Positions 7,979-16,572 of a stretch of 24,000 bases of DNA are shown here, in pieces (position 1 is the first letter of the stretch; the number at the start of each line of letters is the position of its first letter). The notes beneath the pieces are model-generated. The model ran no database searches and had not been told where the DNA came from. It worked only from the letters and a program-made list of their open reading frames with translations. The stretch is taken from positions 2,684,228 to 2,708,227 of the forward strand of contig NZ_CP143545.1 in NCBI RefSeq assembly GCF_046237625.1, in the 5' to 3' direction. A program made the translations under genes and the position numbers. This DNA is from Paraperibacillus esterisolvens (lineage in GTDB: Bacteria > Bacillota > Bacilli > Bacillales > DSM-1321).

Positions 7979-10816
7979 ATGGCTCAAGATTATAAAACAA
8001 GAGAAGAGCGCCGCAGACAGCAGCAGGCTCATTCTAAAAATAAAGGAAAAAGTAAAGGAAAAAAAACAGGGAAGAGATCTTCCTCCCTGTTTAAAAGGAT
8101 AGCACTTCTTGTCATCGCACTGGGCGTCGCACTCATGGTACTTGGCGGGGCGGTGTTCGCTTATTACGCAGCAACCGCACCAAAGCTGAGTGAAGGAATG
8201 CTTAAAGATCCAGTTGCATCCAAGATCTATGATAAGAATAAAAAGTTGATAGATGAAGTCGGCAAAGAGAACAGAGAATTTGTACCTTATAATGAAATAC
8301 CTAAAGAAGTGGTTGATGCCACAATTGCAACAGAGGATGCCCGCTTCTTTGAGCATCACGGTGTCGACTTCCGCCGCCTTGGAGGGGCGGTAGTTGCGAA
8401 TGTTACCAGCGGTTTCGGATCACAGGGTGCAAGTACCATCACCCAGCAGCTCGTCAAAAGATCCTTCCTGACACCTGAAAAAACCATTAAGCGTAAAGCA
8501 CAAGAGCTTTGGATCTCGCTTCAAATCGAACGGGAATATACAAAAGAGCAGATTTTTGAAATGTATGTGAATAAGATTTACTACGGCCCGCGGGCTAATG
8601 GCATTGCTACAGCTGCAAAAAAATACTTTAATAAGCCATTAGATAAGCTGACACTTCCGGAAACAGCCACCCTGGTCGGCCTCCCTCAAAGCCCGTCCTA
8701 TTATGATCCCTTTAACCATCCGGACAGGGCTGAAAAGAGAAGGAATGTCGTTCTCACACTGATGGAGCGGCACGGCTTCATTACCAAGGAAGAAAGGGAT
8801 AAAGCCAAGGCAGTACCTTTAAAGGGGTTATTAGTGAAAGAATCCCAAAGAGGAGAAAAAAACACTGAACCTTACAATGCTTATATCGACCGGGTTATTG
8901 ATGAAGTGGAAGCCATGGGAGATTATAATGTTTATACGGACGGACTGGAAATATACACGGCCATGGATAAAGATGCCCAGGAGCATGTGTATGAAATGAT
9001 GTCCTCTGACCGCTTCAGTTTCCCTGATGAAAAGCTCCAGGCAGGCGTTACCCTTCTGGATACTAAAAGCGGGGAAATCCGTGCACTTGGCGGCGGCAGG
9101 AATATCAAGGGCGAAAGAACCTTCAATTATGCCACAGATATCCGCAGGTCGCCAGGGTCAACCATCAAGCCGATTGTCGACTATGGCCCGGCCATCGAGC
9201 ACCTGAACTGGTCTACGTATCAGCAGATTGTAGATGAACCATATAAATATTCAGACGGGACTCCAATCAATAATTATAACAAGCAATACCGCGGCCAGAT
9301 GTCGATCCGCGAAGCACTCGCCCGCTCCCTGAACATTCCGGCATTAAAGGCGTTTCAGGCTGTCGGGGACGATAAGGCCTATGAATTCTCGGATAAGCTC
9401 GGACTGAAGCTCGATAAGGATAACTTCTATGAATCAGCGTCCATCGGTGGTATCCGCCCGGGTGTGTCTCCCCTGCAAATCGCTGGTGCGTACAGTGCGT
9501 TTGGGAATAACGGAATTTATAATAAGCCCCATGCCGTTACCAAAATTGTAGTCGGAGGTACGGAAATCAAGACGGCTCCCGAGCCTAAAGTGGCCATGAA
9601 GGAAAGCACTGCGTTCATGGTAACGGACATGCTGAAGAGTGTGGTAAAGGATTCCTATGGAACAGGCCAGCGTGCCAATGTTTCCGGACTTCCGATGGCC
9701 GGCAAGACCGGGACCACAAATTATACAGAAGATGAGCGGATGAAATGGAATATTCCATCCAGTGCAGTAATGGATGCCTGGTTTGCAGGCTATTCAACGA
9801 ATTATACAGCTGCCATCTGGACCGGATATGATAAAAAGAGCAATTATATCCCTCAGGAGAACGAGTACCAGAAGATTTCACAGAAAATGTTCAGTGATTT
9901 GATGTCATATGTATCACAAAATAAGGAAACACCTGATTTCAAAAAACCCAAGAGCGTTGTCGAACTGGGAATAGAAAGAGGTTCTAACCCTCCTAAGCTC
10001 CCAAGTGACTATACGCCAAAGAGCAATATCATTTATGAATACTTTGTAAGAGGCCACGAACCGACAGAAGTATCCCACGAGTTCGAACAGCCGAACGGTC
10101 CAGAAGGACTCAAAGCCGATTTCGATCCGGATACGAACAAAATAGCGTTATCATGGTCTTATAACAGCGATGGTGACAAGAAGCCTCAATTTGAGGTGAA
10201 GGTCTCACTGAATGACGGAGCCGAATCTGTACTTACAGTTACAGGCGAAACGGCGCTGGAAATCCAGAATCCGCAGCCTGGCGGGAAATATCGGTTCACT
10301 GTAACTGCACTCATAGATGACAGCCGAAGTGAGGCTGCCAGCACTTCCATTGAAATACCGGAAGCCGAAGAAGAACCGGCCAAGCCAGAGGAAGGAACAG
10401 ATAATCCTGGCAATAATCCTGACGATAAGCCCGGAAACAATGGAAACGGCAATGGAAACGGCAATGGCAATGGCAATGGAAATGGTCAAGGTGAAGGTGA
10501 AGGCGGCCAAGGCGGCAATGACGGAGGTACTGGCGGTGAAGGCGGAAATGGGAATCAGGATGGAGGCTCTGATGGCACAGATGGGGAAAATCCGGGTGGA
10601 CAACAGCCCGGGGACAACCCGGACAATCCATCTGATCCCGGCACAGAGCCAGGGACAGAGCCTGGGACAGAGCCTGGGACAGATGAGGGAAATCCAGGCT
10701 CCACTGACGATGGCAGCAAGCCAGCGAATCAGCAGCAAACCAGGAGAAACAGCTCTTCTGCTGAACCTGGATCACGCCCCAGCCAGTCGCTTGATAAATT
10801 TATAAATGGCGAATGA
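7979..10816 (+). CDS. ponA: Class A penicillin-binding protein 1A/1B (glycosyltransferase, transpeptidase, FN3-like module, low-complexity tail)
   Basis: 945 aa; glycosyltransferase motifs EDARFFEHHGVD and STITQQLVKR; transpeptidase SPGSTIKP and KTGTT; FN3-like region around residues 710-800; directly follows recU. Confidence 0.97.
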   Translation: MAQDYKTREERRRQQQAHSKNKGKSKGKKTGKRSSSLFKRIALLVIALGVALMVLGGAVFAYYAATAPKLSEGMLKDPVASKIYDKNKKLIDEVGKENREFVPYNEIPKEVVDATIATEDARFFEHHGVDFRRLGGAVVANVTSGFGSQGASTITQQLVKRSFLTPEKTIKRKAQELWISLQIEREYTKEQIFEMYVNKIYYGPRANGIATAAKKYFNKPLDKLTLPETATLVGLPQSPSYYDPFNHPDRAEKRRNVVLTLMERHGFITKEERDKAKAVPLKGLLVKESQRGEKNTEPYNAYIDRVIDEVEAMGDYNVYTDGLEIYTAMDKDAQEHVYEMMSSDRFSFPDEKLQAGVTLLDTKSGEIRALGGGRNIKGERTFNYATDIRRSPGSTIKPIVDYGPAIEHLNWSTYQQIVDEPYKYSDGTPINNYNKQYRGQMSIREALARSLNIPALKAFQAVGDDKAYEFSDKLGLKLDKDNFYESASIGGIRPGVSPLQIAGAYSAFGNNGIYNKPHAVTKIVVGGTEIKTAPEPKVAMKESTAFMVTDMLKSVVKDSYGTGQRANVSGLPMAGKTGTTNYTEDERMKWNIPSSAVMDAWFAGYSTNYTAAIWTGYDKKSNYIPQENEYQKISQKMFSDLMSYVSQNKETPDFKKPKSVVELGIERGSNPPKLPSDYTPKSNIIYEYFVRGHEPTEVSHEFEQPNGPEGLKADFDPDTNKIALSWSYNSDGDKKPQFEVKVSLNDGAESVLTVTGETALEIQNPQPGGKYRFTVTALIDDSRSEAASTSIEIPEAEEEPAKPEEGTDNPGNNPDDKPGNNGNGNGNGNGNGNGNGQGEGEGGQGGNDGGTGGEGGNGNQDGGSDGTDGENPGGQQPGDNPDNPSDPGTEPGTEPGTEPGTDEGNPGSTDDGSKPANQQQTRRNSSSAEPGSRPSQSLDKFINGE

Positions 10817-10820
10817 GATA

Positions 10821-10857
10821 AAAAAACGTTTAAGCCCAGTGCTTAAACGTTTTTTTT
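10821..10857. terminator. Bidirectional intrinsic terminator between convergent ponA and ypoC
   Basis: AAAAAACGTTTAAGC-CCAGT-GCTTAAACGTTTTTTTT; perfect 15-bp stem with A-tract and T-tract flanks. Confidence 0.93.
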
Positions 10858-11364
10858 CATAACCTGCCTTTTATAATAAATCTTTTCTGTTTCAATGAAC
10901 AAACTATCCAGCTGCTTATAGGCATGATAGGAATACGGCCTCATCATGATAAATTGGATGCGCTCTGCTGCGTTTATCGGCAAGGCAGAAAAGGAAATCA
11001 GTTTCTCTTCCCACCCTTGAATTGTTACCGGTTTTGAATGCATCCAAAATAGGCAGGAAAATAACAGTGAAAGCCCCGTCGGCATGGATTCGGCCGAGCC
11101 TCCCCTGCTTCCTCCGGAATAATGAGCTGCAATGCGGCTCCTCAAATCTTTCCAGATCTGAAGGACGTCCCGTACATGTTCTTTCTGAGTCCAGGGCTTA
11201 TAGGAAATCAATCCATTATATAAACAGACTTCATATGGGAAGTGGTGCTTCAAAAGGAGTTCAGGAACCCAAATATTAGATTCTTCTTCTATAAGAATGA
11301 GCTGTTTCTCTTGAAACAGCTCATTCTTCATATGCTGGGGATTGTCCAGTTCAAGCAAACTCAC
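10843..11364 (-). CDS. ypoC: YpoC-like protein
   Basis: MSLLELDNPQHMKNELFQEKQLILIEEESNIWVPELLLKHHFPYEVCLYNG...; GTG at 11364 overlaps the nth stop (GTGA). The track's TTG start at 11406 is an alternative. Confidence 0.82.
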   Translation of the reverse strand: MSLLELDNPQHMKNELFQEKQLILIEEESNIWVPELLLKHHFPYEVCLYNGLISYKPWTQKEHVRDVLQIWKDLRSRIAAHYSGGSRGGSAESMPTGLSLLFSCLFWMHSKPVTIQGWEEKLISFSALPINAAERIQFIMMRPYSYHAYKQLDSLFIETEKIYYKRQVMKKNV

Positions 11365-12017
11365 AGCGCCTTCACTCTCTTCATCCGTTTTTTCCCCTCC
11401 CTGCAAAGCTCAAGGAGCGGACATTTCTCACATTGCGGCGATTGCGCTTTACAATGATACCTGCCGAAAAAGATCAGCCTGTGATGGGTTTCTCCCCATT
11501 TTTCCTTGGGAACTTTCCTCATCAATGTATGCTCTACCTCAAGTACGCTGTCCTTCCAGCGGGAGATACCGAGCCTCTTGGACACCCTTTCCACATGTGT
11601 GTCCACAGCAATCGCCGGGACTCCAAATGCAACATTGACCACAACGTTTGCGGTCTTCCTCCCAACTCCGGGGAACTTGGTAAGTTCATCACGGTCAGCC
11701 GGCAGCTCACCCCCGTATTCATCCAGCAGGAGGCGGCACAGATTTTGTATATTCTTCGCTTTATTTCGATATAGCCCAATAGATTTAATATCCTGTTGAA
11801 GTTCTTCAATCGGCACCTGCAAATAATCTTCGGGAGTCTTATATTTTTCAAACAGGCTTTTTGTCACTCTATTGACCAGGGCATCCGTACACTGTGCAGA
11901 AAGTGCTACAGCAATGACGAGCTCAAAAGGATTAGAGTGATGAAGCTCACAATGTGCGTCAGGGAACATTTCCCCGATGGTTTCGAGACAGTAATTGATT
12001 TGTGTTTGGTTTAGCAT
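11361..12017 (-). CDS. nth: Endonuclease III
   Basis: HhH-GPD signature LPGVGRKTANVV-like (FPGVGRKTANVVVNVAFG), VDTHVERVSKRLG, Fe-S cysteines CKAQSPQCEKCPLLELC. Confidence 0.97.
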   Translation of the reverse strand: MLNQTQINYCLETIGEMFPDAHCELHHSNPFELVIAVALSAQCTDALVNRVTKSLFEKYKTPEDYLQVPIEELQQDIKSIGLYRNKAKNIQNLCRLLLDEYGGELPADRDELTKFPGVGRKTANVVVNVAFGVPAIAVDTHVERVSKRLGISRWKDSVLEVEHTLMRKVPKEKWGETHHRLIFFGRYHCKAQSPQCEKCPLLELCREGKKRMKRVKAL

Positions 12018-12061
12018 ATGGTACAGCTCCTCCGCAATGGGCTAATCAGCAGTTGCCCGCT

Positions 12062-12760
12062 TTATTGTTCAAGCCAATTAAAGAACGGGACACTCCTGTT
12101 CGCTCCGACAGCATCCTGTTTCCTTTCGCGCTTGCTGCTATTGTTCATGCGGAATTTCTGTCCGTAGGTTTTAGCCTGCTGAGGCGTTTGGATGCCATTT
12201 TTCTTCCACTCGAAGAGAATTCTGTCTATGTATCGGAAATTAAGCTTGCCGGAAATAACCGCTTCCTTCAGGGCTGCTTTCACTAAAGGATAATGGTGGT
12301 CATCCTCCATCCACATTGCCAGTGTCTCGCACTCAAACGGGGACAGCGGCCTGCCGAATTCCTTTTCAAAGACCGTATATAAACTTTCATCCTCCTCAGG
12401 AGGAGTAACAGGTGCGTTCGAATTCTTCATATAAAAATCAATCAGTTTTTCATGCAGCGGCTCCAATGAATACATCTCAAATAGGACGCTGTCCTCTCTG
12501 TATTCCTCCATGATCTGCAGATAACCTTTTTGAATCAATCTTCTCAAATGGCTTGAGCAATCCGAGCTGTCCAGTGTCATCCGGTCCGAAATCTGGTCCG
12601 GTGTAGGAAAGGCATTTCCTTTTTCGGAAAAGTGCTGGATTTGCAGCAATATAATTAACTCGTTCTCATTCAAACCCATTTCTTTGTAATGGGACAAAAG
12701 AAAAGAAGGAATTGTGATGTTGCCTTCCTTCATCCAAGCAAGTAATTTTTCTCTTAACAT
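12062..12760 (-). CDS. dnaD: DNA replication protein DnaD
   Basis: MLREKLLAWMKEGNITIPSFLLSHYKEMGLNENELIILLQIQHF..., C-terminal FEKEFGRPLSPFECETLAMW and LKEAVISGKLNFRYIDRILFEWKKNG. Start may be ATG 12760 or GTG 12772. Confidence 0.95.
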   Translation of the reverse strand: MLREKLLAWMKEGNITIPSFLLSHYKEMGLNENELIILLQIQHFSEKGNAFPTPDQISDRMTLDSSDCSSHLRRLIQKGYLQIMEEYREDSVLFEMYSLEPLHEKLIDFYMKNSNAPVTPPEEDESLYTVFEKEFGRPLSPFECETLAMWMEDDHHYPLVKAALKEAVISGKLNFRYIDRILFEWKKNGIQTPQQAKTYGQKFRMNNSSKRERKQDAVGANRSVPFFNWLEQ

Positions 12761-12781
12761 ATCATCTGACACCTCATTCTA

Positions 12782-12790
12782 AGTATACCA
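12782..12790 (-). promoter_or_regulatory. Candidate extended -10 promoter element for dnaD
   Basis: TGGTATACT (extended -10) on the minus strand about 20 nt upstream of the start region; no well-spaced -35. Confidence 0.4.
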
Positions 12791-12893
12791 TGAAAGATCA
12801 GCCATCCTGACAAAAATACTCCAGGGTAAAAATTACATGTAATGAGGTATTCTATCCACTTCTGTAATCACTGGCTGCCAGCATCCGCTGAGG

Positions 12894-12928
12894 GAGAAAA
12901 AAGAAAAGCCCGAACACGAGCTTTTCTT
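12894..12928 (-). terminator. Intrinsic terminator downstream of asnS
   Basis: Minus strand AAGAAAAGC-TCGTGTTCGG-GCTTTTCTT followed by TTTTCTCCC. Confidence 0.75.
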
Positions 12929-12949
12929 CAGGTTATTCAAAGCTGTCCA

Positions 12950-14242
12950 TCATGGATACAGGCGGTTCAATAGGCGGGGGAATGGTATGGACTCCCTTAC
13001 ATGCTCAACACCGCTGATCCAGGCAACCGTCCTCTCAAGACCGAGGCCGAAACCGGAGTGAGGAACCGAGCCATATTGCCTTAGTTCCAGATACCAGGCG
13101 TAAGCATCCATGCTCAGACCATGCTCTTCAATCCTTTTCTTAAGCAGCTCATAATCATGGATACGCTGTGACCCGCCGATGATTTCTCCGTATCCTTCCG
13201 GAGCGATTAAATCTGCACACAGCACGACGTCCTCACGGTCAGGGGCAGGCTGCATATAGAATGGTTTGATACCGGTCGGATAATGAGTGATGAACACCGG
13301 TTTATCATAGCTTTCCGCAATTGCCGTCTCGTGGGGTGCACCGAAGTCATCCCCCCACTCGATATCATCAAAGCCCTTTTCATGAAGGAATTTGATGGCA
13401 TCATCATAAGAGATCCTTGGGAACGGCGCCTTGATGTTTTCAAGCTTAGTTGTATCGCGCCCCAGGGTATGAAGCTGGATTTTACAATTTTCAAGTACAG
13501 ATTGCACGATATGTGATACATACAGCTCCTGAACTTCCAGGTTATCATTGAAATCGTAGAAAGCCATTTCGGGCTCGATCATCCAGAATTCGATCAGATG
13601 ACGTCTTGTTTTTGATTTTTCAGCCCGGAAGGTAGGTCCGAAGGAAAATACTTTCCCAAGTGCCATCGCGGCAGCTTCCATATACAGCTGTCCGCTCTGT
13701 GAAAGATAGGCATCCTCCTCGAAGTACTTGGTTGCAAATAGTTCAGATGTTCCTTCCGGTGCACTTCCTGTCAATATCGGGGGATCTACCTTTGAAAATC
13801 CATGATCGTTAAAAAACTCATAAGTGGCCCGGATAATTTCATTTCTGATCTGCATGACGGCATGCTGCCTCTTTGACCGGAGCCATAAATGGCGGTTATC
13901 CATCAGGAATTCAGTTCCGTGCGCCTTTGGCGTAATCGGGTAATCCTTGGACTCGTGGATCACTTCCACATCCTTCACCACAAGCTCATAGCCGAATGGT
14001 GAGCGCTCGTCCCTCTGGACTGTGCCTGTTACATAGATGGAAGATTCCTGGGTCAGGGCTTTTGCCTTGGCAAACACTTCTTCCCCTACATCCTCCTTCA
14101 CTACAACTCCCTGAATGAAGCCGCTCCCGTCCCGGATCTGCAAGAATGCAATCTTTCCGCTGGATCTTTTATTTGCCAGCCAGCCGCCAATTTTAACTTC
14201 TTCACCTGTATGTTTATGGACTTCTTTAATCATTGTTTTCAC
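12950..14242 (-). CDS. asnS: Asparaginyl-tRNA synthetase
   Basis: GTG start giving (M)[48 protein letters not shown], 430 aa, ends [38 protein letters not shown]; GGAGGG RBS. Confidence 0.97.
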   Translation of the reverse strand: MKTMIKEVHKHTGEEVKIGGWLANKRSSGKIAFLQIRDGSGFIQGVVVKEDVGEEVFAKAKALTQESSIYVTGTVQRDERSPFGYELVVKDVEVIHESKDYPITPKAHGTEFLMDNRHLWLRSKRQHAVMQIRNEIIRATYEFFNDHGFSKVDPPILTGSAPEGTSELFATKYFEEDAYLSQSGQLYMEAAAMALGKVFSFGPTFRAEKSKTRRHLIEFWMIEPEMAFYDFNDNLEVQELYVSHIVQSVLENCKIQLHTLGRDTTKLENIKAPFPRISYDDAIKFLHEKGFDDIEWGDDFGAPHETAIAESYDKPVFITHYPTGIKPFYMQPAPDREDVVLCADLIAPEGYGEIIGGSQRIHDYELLKKRIEEHGLSMDAYAWYLELRQYGSVPHSGFGLGLERTVAWISGVEHVRESIPFPRLLNRLYP

Positions 14243-14452
14243 GTGTATATATTCCCTCCAAAATACTGCACAAACTGACATTTATATATCCCATTATACC
14301 TCTGCCTGTTTTGTGAGGCAATGAGATTCAGGCATGACAGCCTGTACTTTCATATGTTCTATCTTCCATCATTACCCTGTCTTCAGGCTGCTGTGACAAG
14401 GCGAGGCTGGCCCGCCTCGGGACAGCCTCATTTCCTGGACGGTCAAAAAAGG

Positions 14453-15634
14453 TCATCTTCCGCCTTTTATAAAGCCGGAAATTCGTGCTATCGCCTTTTC
14501 GAGCTGGTCTTCTGATGTTGCATAGGATAAACGGATGTTGTCAGGCGATCCAAATCCTGATCCCGGTATTACCGCCACCTTCGCCTCTTCAAGCAGCGCT
14601 GCTGCAAATGCATCCACACTCTCAAAGCCCAGATTCTGAGCCGCTTCCTTTACGTTCGGATACAGATAAAAAGCACCCTGCGGCTTAATGCAGCTTACCC
14701 CGGGAATCGCCGTCAGTTTCTCATAAATAGACTCAAGCCGCACCTCAAACGCCTGCCGCATACTCTCCACAGCATCCTGCGGCCCCTCATAAGCTGCAAT
14801 CGCTCCATATTGTGCAGTAGTGGTCGGGTTTGATGTACTGTGGCTTGCCAGATTGGTCATGGCCTTGATGATATCTTTATTGCCGGCTGCATAGCCTATC
14901 CTCCAGCCAGTCATGCTGTGGGATTTTGATACACCATTGATGATCATGGTGCTTTCTTTAAGCTCAGGGGAAATCTCAGCTATTGAAACATGTTGATTTT
15001 CACCGTATATAAGTTTTTCATATATTTCATCAGAGATAATCAAAAGATCATGTTTCAAGCAGATTTCACCGATTGACGAAAGCTCTTCCCTGCTATAGAT
15101 CATGCCGGTGGGATTGCTCGGCGAATTGATGATAATTGCTTTTGTTTTTGAAGTTACCGCCTTTTCAAGCTGTTCCGGGGTAATCTTGAAGCTGCTGCTT
15201 TCATCTGCTTCCACATAAACCGGGATTCCGCCGGCCAGCTTCACCTGCTCAGGATAGCTGACCCAATAAGGAATAGGGATGATGACTTCGTCACCTTCAT
15301 CAAGGATGGCTTGAAACAGAGTATACAGGGCGTGTTTCGCACCTGAGGCTACCATAATCTGCGACAATTCATACTGAAGGTTCTGGTCAGCTCTCAATTT
15401 GTCTGCAATGGCCTGTTTCAATTTGGGCAGCCCGCTTGCGGCAGTGTATTTTGTCTGCCCCTCATTCATGGACCTTACGGCAGCTTCAATGATGTGCTGT
15501 GGTGTATTAAAATCCGGTTCTCCGGCACCAAGCCCTACCACATCAATTCCCTGAGCTTTCAATTCCTTTGCTTTCGCCGTTATGGCAAGCGTAGTGGAAG
15601 GGGTAAGAGCTTCGACTCTTTTTGCTAATTTCAT
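14453..15634 (-). CDS. aspB: PLP-dependent aspartate aminotransferase
   Basis: MKLAKRVEALTPSTTLAITAKAKELKAQGIDVVGLGAGEPDFNTP..., PLP lysine motif GVSKSHSMTGWRIGY; ATTGGAGGATG RBS before ATG 15634. Confidence 0.96.
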   Translation of the reverse strand: MKLAKRVEALTPSTTLAITAKAKELKAQGIDVVGLGAGEPDFNTPQHIIEAAVRSMNEGQTKYTAASGLPKLKQAIADKLRADQNLQYELSQIMVASGAKHALYTLFQAILDEGDEVIIPIPYWVSYPEQVKLAGGIPVYVEADESSSFKITPEQLEKAVTSKTKAIIINSPSNPTGMIYSREELSSIGEICLKHDLLIISDEIYEKLIYGENQHVSIAEISPELKESTMIINGVSKSHSMTGWRIGYAAGNKDIIKAMTNLASHSTSNPTTTAQYGAIAAYEGPQDAVESMRQAFEVRLESIYEKLTAIPGVSCIKPQGAFYLYPNVKEAAQNLGFESVDAFAAALLEEAKVAVIPGSGFGSPDNIRLSYATSEDQLEKAIARISGFIKGGR

Positions 15635-15649
15635 CCCAACATCCTCCAA

Positions 15650-16123
15650 TCAGATACTCCGGTAATATTTCAGCATATCCCCGGTTTTAAAATCAAAGTA
15701 TTCATAATTGATCTGCTTTGCTTCATTCTGGTAAATCACTTCCCAGAGCGGGACATCATTTTCCATCCCCAGCTTGACTGAAAGTATTTTATCCGGTTTA
15801 CGTTCCCTCCGGACCTGATTTATTACCTGCTGTCTCGTAATGCCGCTGTCGTAATCAGCTTTTATGACATCGCCATTCTTTTCTGACGGTATCCATAAAA
15901 CCTTCCTTTTTCCTGACTTGTCCTTCCCAACTGCCACTGAATAAGATTTAGAGCCATGGTACAGATAATACTCATCCGTTTCTGCCAGCCCTTCCCTTTC
16001 CGCTGCCTGCTCAAGCTCGGCAAATGCCGCCTTCTTGGGTTTTACCGCCTTATGATAGGTAATATAGGTAAACGTGACAACGATGAGCACCGCGATCACT
16101 CCAAAGATCATCCATTTTTTCAT
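15650..16123 (-). CDS. ypmB: YpmB-like protein with N-terminal transmembrane helix
   Basis: MKKWMIFGVIAVLIVVTFTYITYHKAVKPKKAAFAELEQ...PLWEVIYQNEAKQINYEYFDFKTGDMLKYY; position between ypmA and aspB. Confidence 0.87.
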   Translation of the reverse strand: MKKWMIFGVIAVLIVVTFTYITYHKAVKPKKAAFAELEQAAEREGLAETDEYYLYHGSKSYSVAVGKDKSGKRKVLWIPSEKNGDVIKADYDSGITRQQVINQVRRERKPDKILSVKLGMENDVPLWEVIYQNEAKQINYEYFDFKTGDMLKYYRSI

Positions 16124-16138
16124 ATTACAGCCCTTCCA

Positions 16139-16309
16139 TTATGTACGATAAATCGTGAATACTGCTTTTTCTTTATCAGTTTCATCAAGGGCAAGGCCGA
16201 ACATCAGGTCCTTTTCCTTAAGGGTACGGTTGAGTGAATCCACAATTTTATATAAGTCAGGTGAGTTAAGGACTTTGACTGTTGAAATTACTTCTATCTT
16301 GCTCTCCAT
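16139..16309 (-). CDS. ypmA: YpmA-like small protein (DUF4264)
   Basis: MESKIEVISTVKVLNSPDLYKIVDSLNRTLKEKDLMFGLALDETDKEKAVFTIYRT, 56 aa, GGAGGAATCGAAAATG RBS/start. Confidence 0.85.
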   Translation of the reverse strand: MESKIEVISTVKVLNSPDLYKIVDSLNRTLKEKDLMFGLALDETDKEKAVFTIYRT

Positions 16310-16391
16310 TTTCGATTCCTCCAGCAAATGTTAATTCATATTGACCATCATGATGGCCATACTAAACATACAGTAAAGATTTACACAGTTC

Positions 16392-16400
16392 ATTATATCA
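16392..16400 (-). promoter_or_regulatory. Candidate extended -10 promoter for ypmA-ypmB-aspB
   Basis: Minus strand CTGATATAATG (TGnTATAAT) about 85 nt upstream of the ypmA start; weak -35. Confidence 0.5.
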
Positions 16401-16494
16401 GTAATGAGTTAGCTTGGGGCATAATTTCATGCGAATACTGGCGAGCCCCGGGTACAAAATCTTTATAAATACCTTCTAGTCCCGCCGCACTTTT

Positions 16495-16520
16495 ACAGCA
16501 GCTGTATGCTGCTGTTTTTT
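16495..16520 (+). terminator. Terminator-shaped hairpin, U-tract on the plus strand
   Basis: CAGCAGC-TGTAT-GCTGCTG-TTTTTT; the opposite strand lacks a good T-tract. Confidence 0.4.
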
Positions 16521-16572
16521 ATTCGCGCTGTTTTACAAATATTTTAACTGCTGGACAGTTAGAGAAGAGTTT

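Noticed and set aside
7940-8359. 139-aa minus-strand ORF across the recU end and ponA start
   Set aside because: Fully antisense to well-supported recU/ponA coding sequence, with no convincing start signals.
10205-10738. 177-aa minus-strand ORF antisense to the ponA tail (also 10186..10476 and 10311..10775)
   Set aside because: Open frames are a by-product of the GGN/AAT and CCGGGACAG low-complexity repeats in ponA; no RBS and the translation is a repetitive Ile/Ser/Ala string.
12002-12286. 94-aa plus-strand ORF antisense to dnaD
   Set aside because: Antisense to a well-supported gene, no homology features recognised.
14243-14320. Possible T-box leader for asnS
   Set aside because: Only a short upstream segment was seen before non-conserved sequence, with no T-box motif or terminator/antiterminator.
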